In this document: positions 23,076 through 36,614 of the stretch, one piece after another
Numbering within the stretch: position 1 is the stretch's first letter
How the letters are laid out: every line of letters starts with the position of its first letter
NCBI GenBank assembly: GCA_030265395.1
Contig: JARFYF010000002.1
Coordinates: 58,946,478-59,010,477 of the forward strand
DNA length: 64,000 nucleotides
Direction: 5' to 3'
Source of the DNA: Rhina ancylostomus
Taxonomy: Eukaryota
Notes under the pieces: generated by a model
The model's input: the letters and a program-made list of their open reading frames with translations, nothing else
Told to the model about the DNA's origin: nothing
Database searches by the model: none
Position numbers and translations under genes: made by a program

Positions 23076-23654
23076 CTATTGATTTGATACCTTGCTTCAT
23101 CAAAGTTAAAAATTGCATAACATTAGAATGAGTTGCTGACGACATACTTTCCACACCCAGCTTTCCAGTTCTAGATTATTCTTCCTGACACATTATCAAA
23201 ATTTTTGGGTGATATTTATTTCGGTTGATGAAGTACGCAGAGTGTATTCAGTCAGGTTGTCACCTTATACAAAGTGGGCAGCAGTTTAAAGCTGAGACGG
23301 AACATGGCAGGGATGGCCAACCTTTCTTAGTTCAGGAGCTCAGTAAGGCAATCTGTATATGACTGAGAATGACAGTTGACCCTTTCCTTTTATATATGAA
23401 TCATGCCATCAAACATGGGTCTTATTGGATATATTTTCGAAGAGGCTGGCCCATTTATGGCCATGTCAAAAGCATGAGAAAAACCCATTGGGATAAAGAA
23501 GAATTGAACTGTAAAGTGTCAATGGGTTATTTTCAAAAGAACTCTGTTGCACTTATTCATTGAATAGACCTCCAGTAAAATTGTAAACATTAAGTGCACA
23601 TTATTAGTCCCAAGAAGTTGCAATAATTTTAATAAGAATTAATAAGGAAAGTAT

Positions 23655-24010
23655 TATAATCATAGAATCTTATAGCATGCAAGGTGACTATTTGGCACAT
23701 TGTCCTTGTTCTACCTTTTTGAAAGGGCCACTCAGTGGTCTCTCTTCTCTGATACTTTACATTGTTTTACAAATGATACTTTTACAAGTTTTTATCCAAT
23801 TCAAATGAAACCATTGTAATAAGAAGGCCACAATAACATATCTAAGTAAAACTATTTTGTTGTCAGCATGATGAATAAAGGAGTATTTTAACCTGAGAAT
23901 TGACAGTGGTATTTCACTGTTTTGTGGACCAGACAACTTCATACAATTTATTAATTTCCCCACAACATCTTCTGAGGATCTGCTCCACCATTCAATCTCC
24001 ATGTAGCTTC
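23655..24010 (-). mobile_element. Old CR1 3' end fragment
   Basis: ATCATAGAATCTTATAGCATGCAAGGTGACTATTTGGC... is the reverse complement of a CR1 tail; highly degenerate. Confidence 0.5.
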
Positions 24011-25799
24011 TGGATTATTGGAAAATCTTGGGTGCACAGACGTGGTTTCAGTTGGCCACTCAGTGAGCTCAAGATACAGTCAATGGAGCATCAGAAAACA
24101 TTAAAAATTCAGTTAAAACGTCATGTAAAATTATCTTGATGGCCCAGAAGTGATTCAGTTCTATGACTCTCCTTTGATGTTACAAATTACTTGACTTCTG
24201 TGCTTCAATTTGCTCATGTTGGACAGGTTAGGCTTCTTGATAATAATGAGGAGGCTTTATGAAAAGCCACTACCAATTTCATTTTTAATTGAACTTCCAG
24301 ATCAAATTTATCTAAATGCAACATCATCTCTGCATTGCCACTGGGGATTGTATGCATATCTAAGTTACAGTGCAAAGACCCAAACAGCTTGCATTGGCAT
24401 TATTTGGTGATGGGAACAAATTAAAGTTATCCATGCTGTTCTCACATTATTCAAACATGTTTCCTTCTCACATTCATCCAATGTAATTTTAATAGCTGGC
24501 ACTGTGTGAATGAAAAGCTTACAAGGTTACTGCCAAAAGCCAGTGGTGTGAAACCAAGTACAGGGCAGAATAGCCTTCATCTGTTCTGAAAGCTTCCATG
24601 ATCGTATAATCATTTTCCCTTTTTCTTCATCAATGTTTACACAGGATTGAGCAATTACGAGAAAAAAAGATTAATTTCCCTTCAGAATGTCAATGGCTTG
24701 CACAGAAAAGCACAAGATTTACACAGAGACTTGCAGCGTTGATCAGTGGTTGAAACAGGCTGATTAGAAAGGTTCATTTCCCATAAAACAAATGCACTGA
24801 ATTGTTCCCAATGAATTGTGTATTTATTTTAATTGTAGTTGGAGATCATAACAAATTTGAGATATGAATGTGCATTAGCTACCCAATGATCAACATGTTA
24901 CCTAAATAATCTCATCCTACTGTTTATAGTATTGAGGTAAATATTACAATGTTTAAGTTAGATCCTGGATTTACTATTTGCAATAAGCTAATCTATAGAG
25001 TTCGAACGGTGTGGTTCCTTTATGCTCCAGCCCAGGAAGTTGCTGAGTTGTGTGGTTCTTGCCTGCAATTTAACCAGCTGCATAGCATCTCCCATTCCAA
25101 GTATCAACTGATGGAGATTTGTTGAGCAAACATGTTATTGGAACATAAATAAATGAATGGTAAAAATCAGAATATCTAAACAATTACTCATGGCCCTTGC
25201 AATTTTCATGCAGACTATATTAATTTGGAGATTTTATTGGTCACATCACTATCTGAGAAGGGAGTTTTAGAAGAGGCTCAGCAGGTTCAAAACAGTGCAA
25301 TTATTGCTGGAAGAATAATTCAGCAATAATTGAGTCTTAGTGCTTTGTCCATTTATGGATATATTTTCAGAGCACCACCCCATTACACTGCAAGTTGGTA
25401 TAGTATTTTTAATTAAGGAGCTAAGTCCTTGACTTTATCTGCTATGCCCAAGGAAATTCTCGAGGGAGGTCACTCAAGCCATAAAATAACTTACAAAGGC
25501 AAGAAGAGCTGGTTTATTGGATTGACTAGGTAATTGTGTATTACTTTTATTGATGGAATCCAACATGAAATTGATCAACTGTTTTAGCCTTAACAACACA
25601 CCAAGAATCACCACCTTGAATATTGTCAGACAACTCTGACCAACTTACTTATAAGTAAAATTAATCGCATGGGGATTGAGACATTGGTAATGATTTCACA
25701 GAATTTGGCTCTGNNNNNNNNNNNNNNNGAAACAGGCCAAGGGAGCCCTACAAATAACAGGTAACATTCGTGTCACTTATGTGTCAACCAATAATCTTG

Positions 25800-26200
25800 A
25801 TCAAAAGAAATTGCCTAAACTTCAGTGATGCCATGACTACCACCACTGGGGAGTCACCATTGGCCAGAAATAGAACCAAGTCAAGAACAGCAAGGATATA
25901 AAAGCAGAAGTAAATCTGCATATTTACCTTCTCACTCCTCAAAGTCTCTTCATCTTCTACAAGAAGCAAGTTAGGATTGCGAGGAAGTAGAAATTACTCA
26001 TTTAGATGGACACAGATGCAAGAATGTCAGAAAGCGGAACACTATACTTAGATTGACCAGTGCCCTTGTTACTGGATTCAATAATCTCCATCCCTCCTGG
26101 ACATAGACCATTCCGATGGAATGTATGTGGTGCATTCCTGTCTGAATCCTGCATCTCCTACCCACCACCATTGTGTATGCACTATCACCACAATTTCAGG
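25800..26200 (+). mobile_element. Old Crack/L2-group LINE fragment
   Basis: CTGGGGAGTCACCATTGGCCAGAAATAGAACC...TCATCTTCTACAAGAAGCAAGTTAGG homologous to 46610-46770. Confidence 0.45.
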
Positions 26201-26563
26201 AGAATTCAAGAAAAACACAAGGAGCAGGAATAGTTCACCTGGCCCCTCAGGCCTGTCTGACCATTCAATGTGATCATGGTTGGTTTACCCCAGTTCCTAA
26301 TTTTTCTTCCCATTGTTGCCTTTTCAGGTATATTGGAGATATGCATGAAATTAATGTAAATTGTAAGCTTTGCCCACTTCTCCGGAACAAATTAAAAGTG
26401 TCAAATGCCAATTTCAAATCATGCATTAACTTGTGATATTTGTAAATCCCCAGCAGGGAGAAATTGCTAGATGTCAATTACACCATATTCGGTTCCTGTT
26501 ACAAATCCAAATATTTTTTCAGTAACAGAAAAGAAAACCAAGAGTATTACAATAACATGTTTT

Positions 26564-27103
26564 TGTCACAATGTTGAGCAAAGAGCAAGCTCAAAGAGAA
26601 CCCAAATGCGGCACACTGGTACAAGACTGGAGTCAGGATACTTCTTCAGGATCAAACACGGGCAGTGACTGGAAGGAATCTTGCCTCAGGGATCTGAGGA
26701 GGAATTCCAACACAAACTGGATATCCAAAGAGAAACAGGACTGTGCAGCCAGNNNNNNNNNNNNNNNNNNNNNNNNNNNNNNNNNNNNNNNNNNNNNNNN
26801 NNNNNNNNNNNNNNNNNNNNNNNNNNNNNNNNNNNNNNNNNNNNNNNNNNNNCAGCCAGCAGCCAGCAGCCAGCAGCCAGCAGCCAGCAGCCAGCAGCCA
26901 GCAGCCAGCAGCCAGCAGCCAGCAGCCAGACGTTGACCAATACTCTAGCAACTAGTGCCAGAGAAACCCAGGTACTTATGCTAGGCCCCTAATGGGGCTC
27001 AGGTGTGTGTGTCGTTATGTAATCAGTCCAGCATGGAATCCATGTGCTGTACAACAAGGTATCAAAGGAGCCAAATTGAGGGCCAGTACTCAAAACCATG
27101 ATA
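26564..27103 (-). mobile_element. Solo LTR (family A) with internal heptamer expansion
   Basis: TGTCA...TGATA termini (plus strand), perfect 5-bp TSD GTTTT (26559-26563, 27104-27108); colinear with 50246-50643. Confidence 0.92.
26746..26929 (+). repeat. (CAGCCAG)n heptamer tandem repeat inside LTR family A, spanning a gap
   Basis: Perfect tandem units at 26853-26929. Confidence 0.95.
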
Positions 27104-30100
27104 GTTTTGTAATTCTCACATTTTTATTAAGTAACTGTAGTGGTTATCTACTCTTCTCAGTGAATATGGAATATTTTCAATTGTACACTGTGGAAGTTTT
27201 ATTCACAAGTCTGTGTTAAAGCAAAAAAGAATAAATGGACTTTCTAATAAAACTCCCATCTCTTGCTGGTGTAAAACCTTGCATCTACTATTAACAATTA
27301 TATATAGGTTTTAGTTTTGATAAGTCATTTCAATGTATGTATATATTAATGAGCAGGCCTACACTTTGAAGTACTGTTTTTTTCCCATTTGAAATATCCA
27401 TGGGTCAGATTTCAATAATTACATCAGCCATGACACCAACAGATGTTAAAACATTAGATGAAAACCAAATGTCGAAATGTGAATACTGTATCAGAAATAA
27501 TTAACAGTCATTTCTTCAATAAAGCCAGTATTTTGCATAAGCCTGGATTCAAAAACATTATAATGGTAAGAAAACTAAAGATTTCAGATTACACAAACTG
27601 ATTAGAAGTAGAAGTTGTCATCCTTTTGCAAAATTAAATGATTTCTATTTACTTAATGACTGCTGAGGGAATTTATATCTGAAATTAATGAACACTTCTC
27701 CAGGCATTTTCTCTGTGTTTTATCTGTGGGGGGAATGAGCAAATAGTAATAGTATATTTGCTTTGATTTGGTCTATAAAAATGAAAATTAAGAGTGTAGC
27801 TTCCTATTCAGTGTAGGTTGCATGTAAAAAAATTACTGAGTCAACAGAAGTAAATTTTCACAGAATGTTAAAGAACAACTCTATGACCTCCACTCCTTCT
27901 GGCTGTGTGCACTGGATGAGAGGCTTTCTCATATATGAATAGTTAGAAAACCATGTGGAATGTGCACACTCGTTGCCCAATATGAGCTCCTGATAGGGCA
28001 AGAATCTTTACGTTGAGCACAAAGCTGGCAAATTTCCTAATACTACAATTTTGACACTCTTAGTGCATCATGAGATACCAATCATGCAAGTAAATTTACA
28101 ATTCATATGTGCACAGATTCATGTAATGCTCGCTGTTGCTGGTTGCATGGTGATCACACTGCATATTCAACCCATTATCTCAGTATTTAGATGTTCTCAG
28201 TAATTAGTGCAGAAGTCCTTTTTTTGGGTAAACATTTCTCAAATTATTAACTTTTGTAAGCCAAATACTCTTGTCATTCAACCCTCCATATCATAAAGAA
28301 TAAACAAGCCTATCATTATAGCCAAAGATAATCCTCAAAGAAACATGGGATTACAGGAGCAGGAAAACTCTGAAGAACATTTTATCAGTCCCAAAAACTA
28401 GCATCTCTCGATTAACCACTCACTTCAATATCTATTTAATAATTTTCAACACTATCAGCCTCTTGGTTAGTCTGCTAACAGTGAACGTCCCCTTTCAAAA
28501 TCATTAAACAGTGTTTCAAGAGTCTGAAGCAATATAGATTTACAATCTAAGCTATATAATCTTGACTTGAAAGCAGGAAGAAGTTTACAGAAGTGGGAAG
28601 GGGCAGGCTGATTAGATGAGGACAATGAATGTCAAATACAATGTGGTGAGTGAAGGAGAGTCATTGGAGCTCAGTGTAATAAATAGTTGTGGCTGAATAG
28701 TTAGGTCGANNNNNNNNNNNNNNNNNNNNNNNNNNNNNNNNNNNNNNNNNNNNNNNNNNNNNNNNNNNNNNNNNNNNNNNNNNNNNNNNNNNNNNNNNNN
28801 NNNNNNNNNNNNNNNNNNNNNNNNNNNNNNNNNNNNNNNNNNNNNNNNNNNNNNNNNNNNNNNNNNNNNNNNNNNNNNNNNNNNNNNNNNNNNNNNNNNN
28901 NNNNNNNNNNNNNNNNNNNNNNNNNNNNNNNNNNNNNNNNNNNNNNNNNNNNNNNNNNNNNNNNNNNNNNNNNNNNNNNNNNNNNNNNNNNNNNNNNNNN
29001 NNNNNNNNNNNNNNNNNNNNNNNNNNNNNNNNNNNNNNNNNNNNNNNNNNNNNNNNNTTAGCCTCAGCAAATCAGCTGGGACATGACCTGTGTCAGATTA
29101 TGGATGAACTTTCTCCATAAGATTCCTACATATAGTTGACCAAGAACTGCATTAATCTATTATATGATGCTGGATAAACTTTTAGACAACATTGCAGTAA
29201 TTGTGTAGTGTTGATATTAGTAAAGATAGAATGAGATGTTATCAGTAAACTTGTGGATGCTCAGTGTCTGTTTCTAGGCAATGCTGTAAATGGGTATCAT
29301 GTACATAAGGGGAAGCAGAGCAAGGATGGATTTAGGAGACAAATTCACTGATGATTGGGGCAGGAAGAGAAACTATTGAGGGATACATGCTAATTATAAC
29401 AGGTCAATCAGATACAGTGAACTCTGTGGCAAAAACCTTTTCATATGCCTGCTGCCATCAGATGACAATTCATTGGAATCTTTGACATCCAGCAACTGAA
29501 GAGCCAATCATTTTAAAGAATCCCCACAGACAGGAAACTAGGAAGCATTTTTTTCACTAATTTCCAGAATGTTACATATTCTGCAAATAAGAGATTGGAG
29601 CAAACACACATAGTTAAAGCAGAAGTTTAAATACCATAAGTAAACACTTTAATCTTTTAATTTTAAATTGCTAATACTTCGAGATATTTACTTAAGGAAA
29701 TTACAATCTGCATATATATAATTAGATTTTTAGGGCTAGAGAGTTTACTAAGCAGCAATTATGGTGCAGTAGGGCATTAAAATTCACTTCTTGTAACAGG
29801 CTATACAATTTCAGGTTATTTTAACTTGAACTAGCATGTAAATAGCCTAAATCCTTGTCACTTCAAGTGATTTCAGATTGATTGTGCAGCATAGCCTGTA
29901 ACGGCACACTGGAACATAAATGGCAAACTCTAAATTTCCATATCAATCCACACCATCACAAAGTATCAATTAAATAATGCTTGTAAACACTGGTACTTTT
30001 CTTGTACAATCACAAAATTCAGGCCGAACCAAGTCAACTGCTGCATTTGCTGCTGAATACCTAATCCACCATTTTATTACTAGTGGTCCTAACTATTCCA

Positions 30101-30149
30101 AACCATTGCTAAGCGACTTCCAGACTTTCATTCTCCCAATAGAAATCAT

Positions 30150-30620
30150 CTAAGGATCTGCCAGCTACGACTCATCATCTCTTATAACTTTCACTCCTGT
30201 TGTTACTGACCTACAATTGCTTCCAGTTAAACAATACCTTACTTTTAAAATTCCCACTCATTTTCAAATCTCGCAATAGCCTCATCCCTCCCCTACCCCC
30301 ATAGCCTCCTCCAACTCTGTATCAACCTGGGATATCTTTAATTTCAGCTTCTTGACCATTTTCAAATTTAAACACTCCATCCTTGCTGGCAAAGCCTCCA
30401 TTTCCCAAGCCCCTAGGTTCTATCATTTCCTCTAAACCTCCACATCTCTCTTTCCTTGAAATGACTCGTTAAAAGTCACTTTCACCAAGCTTTTGATCAT
30501 CTACCCTCATGTCTGAGCTTATGGCTCAGTATCAGTGTTTGTTGCTAATGCTCCTGTGAGATGCCTTTGGACACTTAGTTACATTCAGCCTGCTAAATAG
30601 ATAAAAGTTGCTGCTGCTGA
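30150..30620 (+). mobile_element. L2 LINE 3' end
   Basis: TPVVTDLQLLPVKQYLTFKI resembles L2 HITPVL..LHWLPV..RI.FKI; tail GCTCCTGTGAGATGCCTTTGGAC...ATAGATAAAAGTTGCTGCTG. Confidence 0.7.
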
Positions 30621-32409
30621 GCTGAAGTGATTTTGTTTCTGTTATGCTTTGAAAAGTTTTTTTAAACTTTCAAGGACAAAACATGTTCCAAATGCAATCA
30701 AGCCAACTTGCAAAGAAGCTGAGCGTGGTTTCCTAATTGTCAATTCACTGGCTTATATTTCTAAAATAGATGACTCAATGATTTCACTGACCGAGCAATG
30801 ACTTTGTCCACTGTATCCAGCAGCTTTTCACAACAATACAAGACTCCATGAGGAGAGGATGAATGGATGAGAAGTTGCTCAGTTCCCCAGAGAAACTGGG
30901 CAAGACTGGCCGGCCCCACCTCAGCATGACACCTGGACCATGTCCTGATCTGAAAGCTGAAATGGATCAGGGACCACTGTCAGTTTATTTATTCTCCTTC
31001 TGTTTGGAGACTTTCCCTGATTAATTGCTGGCTTGTAATTACTGCTGTTAACTAATGTCAAACCTAATTAACCTGTTCTCAGTTCAGTACTTCAACAAGC
31101 CCAGTCTTAGGGAGAGGGTCTCAAGGCAAGAGTTTTCAGGGATGTGTGGTACTTACCCATTCGTTTATTTACCTTGGGCCTTGTTTGCTATTCCTTGTGC
31201 AAGCCCTGGCGACAGCTTTCTAAAATGCACCATTAAGCCTAATTGGCTTCAGTGAAACAGCAGTGAACACAAGGCTTAAGCAATGTTTTCTGAAAAAACC
31301 TCTGGTCCCTGAGACACTTTGAGATCATGTTACACTTAGGCTAAAGGCGCATAGTATTCTCTGCAACTTTCTTGAGAAATAATGGTAAGCAAAAAAAAAA
31401 GAAACAGGTTTCTTTGTGGTTTTTAGGAATTAGCAACCAGGGGAATGAAGGAGGTTGGTGGTAACACTGCAATGCATCAATAAAATCCTTATCCTGTGCC
31501 AATGTTAACAGATTCAAAGTATTTAATATCAAAGTTTTCCAATTTCTGGTTCCACAAATACAGATCTGATTGTAAAAACAAAATCAAGAGCTTCATGCTG
31601 ATTGTTTAAATAAAGCAATGTTTAATTATGAACATTTGGGAAATCTACTTGTAGAGTATTATCCAACAAGCCTCAGTTTCATTCTGGCCTTTGTAACTAT
31701 TGAAGAAATAAAAAGTCCCAGTCAGTTTTACTGCCAAATAATTTGTAAGTTTTCAAACACATCTCTGAGTCACATAAGGGAAGGTTAGGCTTCCCATGTC
31801 TTGGACAAACTGATCACAAGATCCTTGTGGAATAGTATCAGCAAGTTTACCTAATCTTGGTGGGCAAACTCTGGGCAGTATGTTTTCCACTATATGCCAA
31901 TGACACTTAAATGATGACTGCATGTTGAAATATCTTTTGGCTGATTTCTTAAGCAGCAGGTGAAAACTGACCTGGAGTTAAAAATGTACCAGATGTTTGT
32001 CATTCCATGCTGTGCAGCAGCCCCCAGACACCTATCCAGATCTTTACTAAATGAATATTTGTGTAAAGTCAACAGATCTAGCTTCACATATAAGAAAATG
32101 TGGTAAATACAGCAAATAACCAAATGAACATCTTGGCATCCTCACAGATACATTTCTTTTTATTCAGTTAACAAGCTTTGTTGCTCTAGAACAAAATAAA
32201 TTCAAGATTTTAAGGTAATGAGAATGTGTTATTTTGAAATAAGGAGAATTTTATGTCAATAACCGTTGGTTTGCCAAATACAATGCTGATGTATATTCAC
32301 TATGATGCTCAAAATGTATGCTAGCTCTGAGTTAATAATAATTCTGCATTATACACAACTTTTCAAAATATTTTATTTTTTATTGCTCTTCATTGTATTT
32401 CTACCATAT

Positions 32410-32740
32410 TTGTAAAATTCTGACCCTTGTTTTCAACTCCCCATTTGGTCTTGTCTCTCCATACCGCTGTAATCTCCTCCAGCTATAAAATGTCTGTGCT
32501 CTAATTCTGGCTTCTGCATCATCCTAACTTTACCATTGTCAACTCCACCATTGTCAGCTCTTCTTTCAGATGCCCCTCTGCAACTTCCTCCCAAATCATC
32601 TCCTTTCTTCCTTGAAACTTTCCTTTGACCAAGATTTTGGTCATCTATCCTAAATACCCTGTTCTTGTTTGATAATGCTTCTTTGAACTGTATTGTACTG
32701 TATTTGGTCTGTTAAATGTGCACTAAAAGTACCTGTTGAT
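32410..32740 (+). mobile_element. L2 LINE 3' end, degenerate
   Basis: AAAATTCTGACCCTTGTTTTCAACTCC...TAATCTCCTCCAG...CCTTTGACCAAGATTTTGGTCATCT; homologous to 30240-30560. Confidence 0.6.
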
Positions 32741-32865
32741 GGTAGCTTGCCCAAGACAAGAAACCTTCACCTAACCTTCCGACTTGTTTCTCTATAAAGG
32801 GCCACTTGAAGAAATATACAAGTAAAAAGGTTTTCTAACCTGACTTAACCTCAACTTTATTACAG

Positions 32866-33615
32866 ATTACAACACAGGAGCCATCAGGTCAAAGCCAGCT
32901 CTCAGCATTGCAATCCCACTATTCTCTCTCATACACCCATCAATTTCCTTTTGATTCTTACACTAGAAGTTATTTACAGCTGCTAATTAACCTACCAGCA
33001 CGTCACAGGGTCATAGCCCAAAGAAACACACCCTTCAACCCATTGAGTCTGCTAAACCTATGCTAATCCCACTTTATGCTCTCCACATTCTCATCAACTC
33101 CCCCCAGGCTCTACTTACACACTAGGGGAAAGTTACAGTGGCCAACTAACCTACTAACCTGCAAGTTTTTGGGATGTGGGAGGAAACCAGAGCACTTGGA
33201 GAAACCCCATGCAGTCACAGGGAGAATGTATAAACTCCACACAGACAGTACCAAAATTTAAGATTCAACCTGGATCACTGGAGCAGTGAGGCAGCAGCGC
33301 CAATAGCTGCACTACTGTACCACCCATCTTCTGCTTTGTCAATGTTCAATCCTTCCATCATGAGGTTAAAAATAGGTGTGTTCACTGATGATTGCACGAT
33401 GTTCAATTCTACTTGCAACTCCTCAGCAAATGAAGTAGGTCATGCTGTCATGTCACAAGGCCAAGACAACATTCAGGCAAGGCCTTTGGGAAGAGGGAGT
33501 AAACTAGGACACCCAGAGGGAACCTTTGCAGTCATGGGGAAACATGCAACCTCTTCAAAGACAACACTGCTCAAGCTGTAAGGGGGCAGTACTAATTGCT
33601 GTATCACTATGTGTC
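32866..33615 (-). mobile_element. Nested V-type SINEs (younger copy 33003-33325) plus a short Crack-like LINE piece (33340-33480, plus strand)
   Basis: GGATGTGGGAGGAAACCAGAGCAC...CACAGGGAGAATGTATAAACTCCACACAGACAG; older copy split at ...CCAGCACGTC / CTTTGGGAAG...; GVFTDDCTMF RT motif at 33375-33405. Confidence 0.75.
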
Positions 33616-35811
33616 TCTATCTCCAGCTTTCTATGAGGACTGGATCAGTATTTCTCATTCCTGAAGCCCAGTATGTAAACATAATATCATTTAAAGAGGT
33701 TCATGCTTGGAAATTGCTTGATGCTGTTTTTTTTTGGTTATAAATCAGTGTAGAGGGGTTTCCCAATGCTTGTGAAATTCAGGAGAAATTGTGAATTATG
33801 AAGAGCCGGAACTTCAAATGCAAGTTTCCCAGGACAGCATCATCATGTTTCTCTGTGTAGGGCTCTGCGGAACACATGGCTTTCCCTGTTGATGTTGCAA
33901 CTTCTCCTGGTTGGAAAATGTAACATAGCAGGTGCTATCTTTGCAGCCGGTGTATAAAGAAATGTAGCACAATGACACAAAAACACGCTCTTCTGTGTAC
34001 AGGGGAGTATTGCTTTTGAATGAATGGATGTGCAATGATGGGAGAGTGGTTGGGGAAATGCTTCCAGGAGATAGGAATTACATGCAATCTTGGTGAAGAA
34101 TAGTGACTGTGAGAGGCATCTTCTTTGTGCGTGGGGGTCATGGATATCCTCCAGGGCAGAGCCAGGTGTTCCTGGCAGAACATTTATCAGGGAAGTCTTT
34201 GTAAACTCATGAGTGCAATCCCTGAAGGCTTGCACTTTGGGGAAACTCACAGTGCAGGCCAACCCCTGTATCTCTAACTGCTCCTGTCAGTTGAAGGAAA
34301 AGTAGAGAAGGTATACTCTCCTTGAGTATTGAGTTTGGGTCACCTCCCTAATGCAGTAATGAACAATAAACTGTGAGATGTGGAAGAGATCAGCAGCAAC
34401 AGCCTAGAACGAGGCAAAGGTAAGGAAGTTGAGATTGGTCATAACCCTGGCCTCCATTGATTACATTTAATATTGCAGGAGATCATGGATCTTAGTGAGG
34501 ACAAAGCAAGCAATTTGAATGTTGTTTTTTTTTTAAAAGCATGGTTTCAGGAGAAACTGGACTAGCAACAGTTGGTTGTTTTGTGAGTAAATAAGAACTG
34601 TTATTTTTCAGATTAGTGGGGTTGAGAATCTCACCGTTGACAAATTGTGCCTGTTGCACTGCAGTTGACCTCATCTGGAGGGCTTTATGCTGGTAGAAAG
34701 GTGCTGTGGAGAATGAAAATATTCTTGTAAAATGAGAACTCAAATTTCCTGACAGATGCAAAAGGCATCCAGAAATATGCACAATCTTTCCTTCTTCTGG
34801 ATTTGCCAGGTTTTTAACGAGACTGTATTGATTTTTTTGGCATTGTCTAAATGAATTTCCATATTTATCAAGTAAAGTCAGGGTCAACAAATTACATTAA
34901 TTGGTAAGAATCGCTAGAAATTGCTAAGAGCATATTGAAGCTCTCAACTCACTCCCTCACTTCACCTGCCAAAGAGAGGATTAAGAATATTAGTGTAAAA
35001 TTCTAATGTTCTCTTCTGCAAAGAAGAGAACATTATTCTGATTAAACTCATGAATAACTGAAACAAAGACAAAGAAGGTCCTCGATTTGATTTTTATTCT
35101 GTGCCTAGTCAGCTAAAACAGTTAGCTATAGTTGGAGCTTTGTAAATGCTCCATGTGCCCCTTGGGGAGAAAAAAAATCAATCACTCCTGATCACTATCA
35201 AGGTACCCCTGCTGAAAGTATGATTGTGTGTATATCAATGCCATCAGGCTCAGGTCAGCTGTGAGGCAGCTTGGGTTAGAATAATCTGGTGTCAATGCTG
35301 TCAAAGCCCAAGTGAATAATAGTTAGTTGGATAAGATGTGAGGCAGTGTTTGGAGCCTGCCGATCTCTAGTCTTGCAAGAAAAAAATGTAAAAAAATCAT
35401 GTGATATGCACACCCCTATTTATGACAGCCTTTTCATGAAATTTTATAGATCTTTGCCTAATAATTATCCTTCTGTGCATAACATTTTACACATAAAAGC
35501 TATTTTACTCGCATTAGGTCATACTAGTAATCATTTCCAGGTCAATTAGTGACCATTGGGAAGTTGGAAATTGGCCTGAGCACTTCCAGGCACAGTAATG
35601 CCCCCACTCCACCCGCCTCTCATTCAACCTGCTCCCCACACCTATTTTCCTTTAGCACCATTGCAACCTTCTATTCTGCTGATCTTAAAGAATACTCATG
35701 CAAAGTATTCTTTAAGATCCGACTCACTTCCCGATGATTGGTGTGGCAATAAAGCAGCAGCTATGAGCTCAGAAAATAGCTGCCACCCGGAAATGCACAG
35801 GTAAAGATGTT

Positions 35812-35940
35812 GGATAGTCATACAACACGGAAACTGGCTCTTTGGCCAAACTGGTCCATGCTGACCAAGATTTCTATCTGAGCTAGTCCCATTTGCAGGT
35901 GTTTGGCCCATATCCTTCCAAAACTTTGTTTAATGTTGCA
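35812..35940 (-). mobile_element. CR1 3' tail fragment
   Basis: ATAGTCATACAACACGGAAACTGGCTCTTTGGCC...GCTAGTCCCATTTGC; similar to 55618-55716. Confidence 0.65.
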
Positions 35941-36614
35941 AGGGATTCAGGGTGAAAACCACCCGAATGACTTCTTAAACACTTAGCAGTTTCCCAACGC
36001 ATAGCAGATTACCTGATTAGCCAGCCTGTTCAATGCTCCAAAAATAATTGAACCCCAATTCTTTGGGGCTCTTCAAAATTGTAATGGAGCCCTTTGAGTC
36101 ATTGTATTAGTGGGGAATTTATGTTTCTTTTTCAACATATTGTCAACACTTTTCCATATTTCATGGATGTGGAAGTAATGGTGCTGAGCATTCATCCATT
36201 GTCACTCAGTGTATTGCACTGTATCAGTGATGTAGTTGGGAATCTCTTTTAGTGAACTGGAAGCTCAAAGCCAGAAGCATGCTGGTGCTGACAAACATCC
36301 ACCAATGGCAAATGGTCCACCAATGGTCATTCTTAGCTGGATGTTAAAAAGTGAAAATCATCAGCGCGCAAGAAGGTCACCCTAAATATACAGGAGAAAA
36401 TGAATGATTCACACCAGTACTATATGTAACAAATTCCATAATCCATTCTAATGTCATATATATTTCACCTATCAATTAAGGATAGGATGACAACATATAC
36501 AGTTTAATATTTTGAAAATGAACATTAATATTGCAAAATTGTATGTCTCTAATCATGCAATTGAATGTTCTTGTAAATGGCCAAAAGGATTTTAATTCTC
36601 TTCAAAACTGGGGG

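Noticed and set aside
33843-34890. 139-aa and 132-aa minus-strand ORFs in non-repeat DNA
   Set aside because: No recognisable domain or coding-like composition; lengths are compatible with chance
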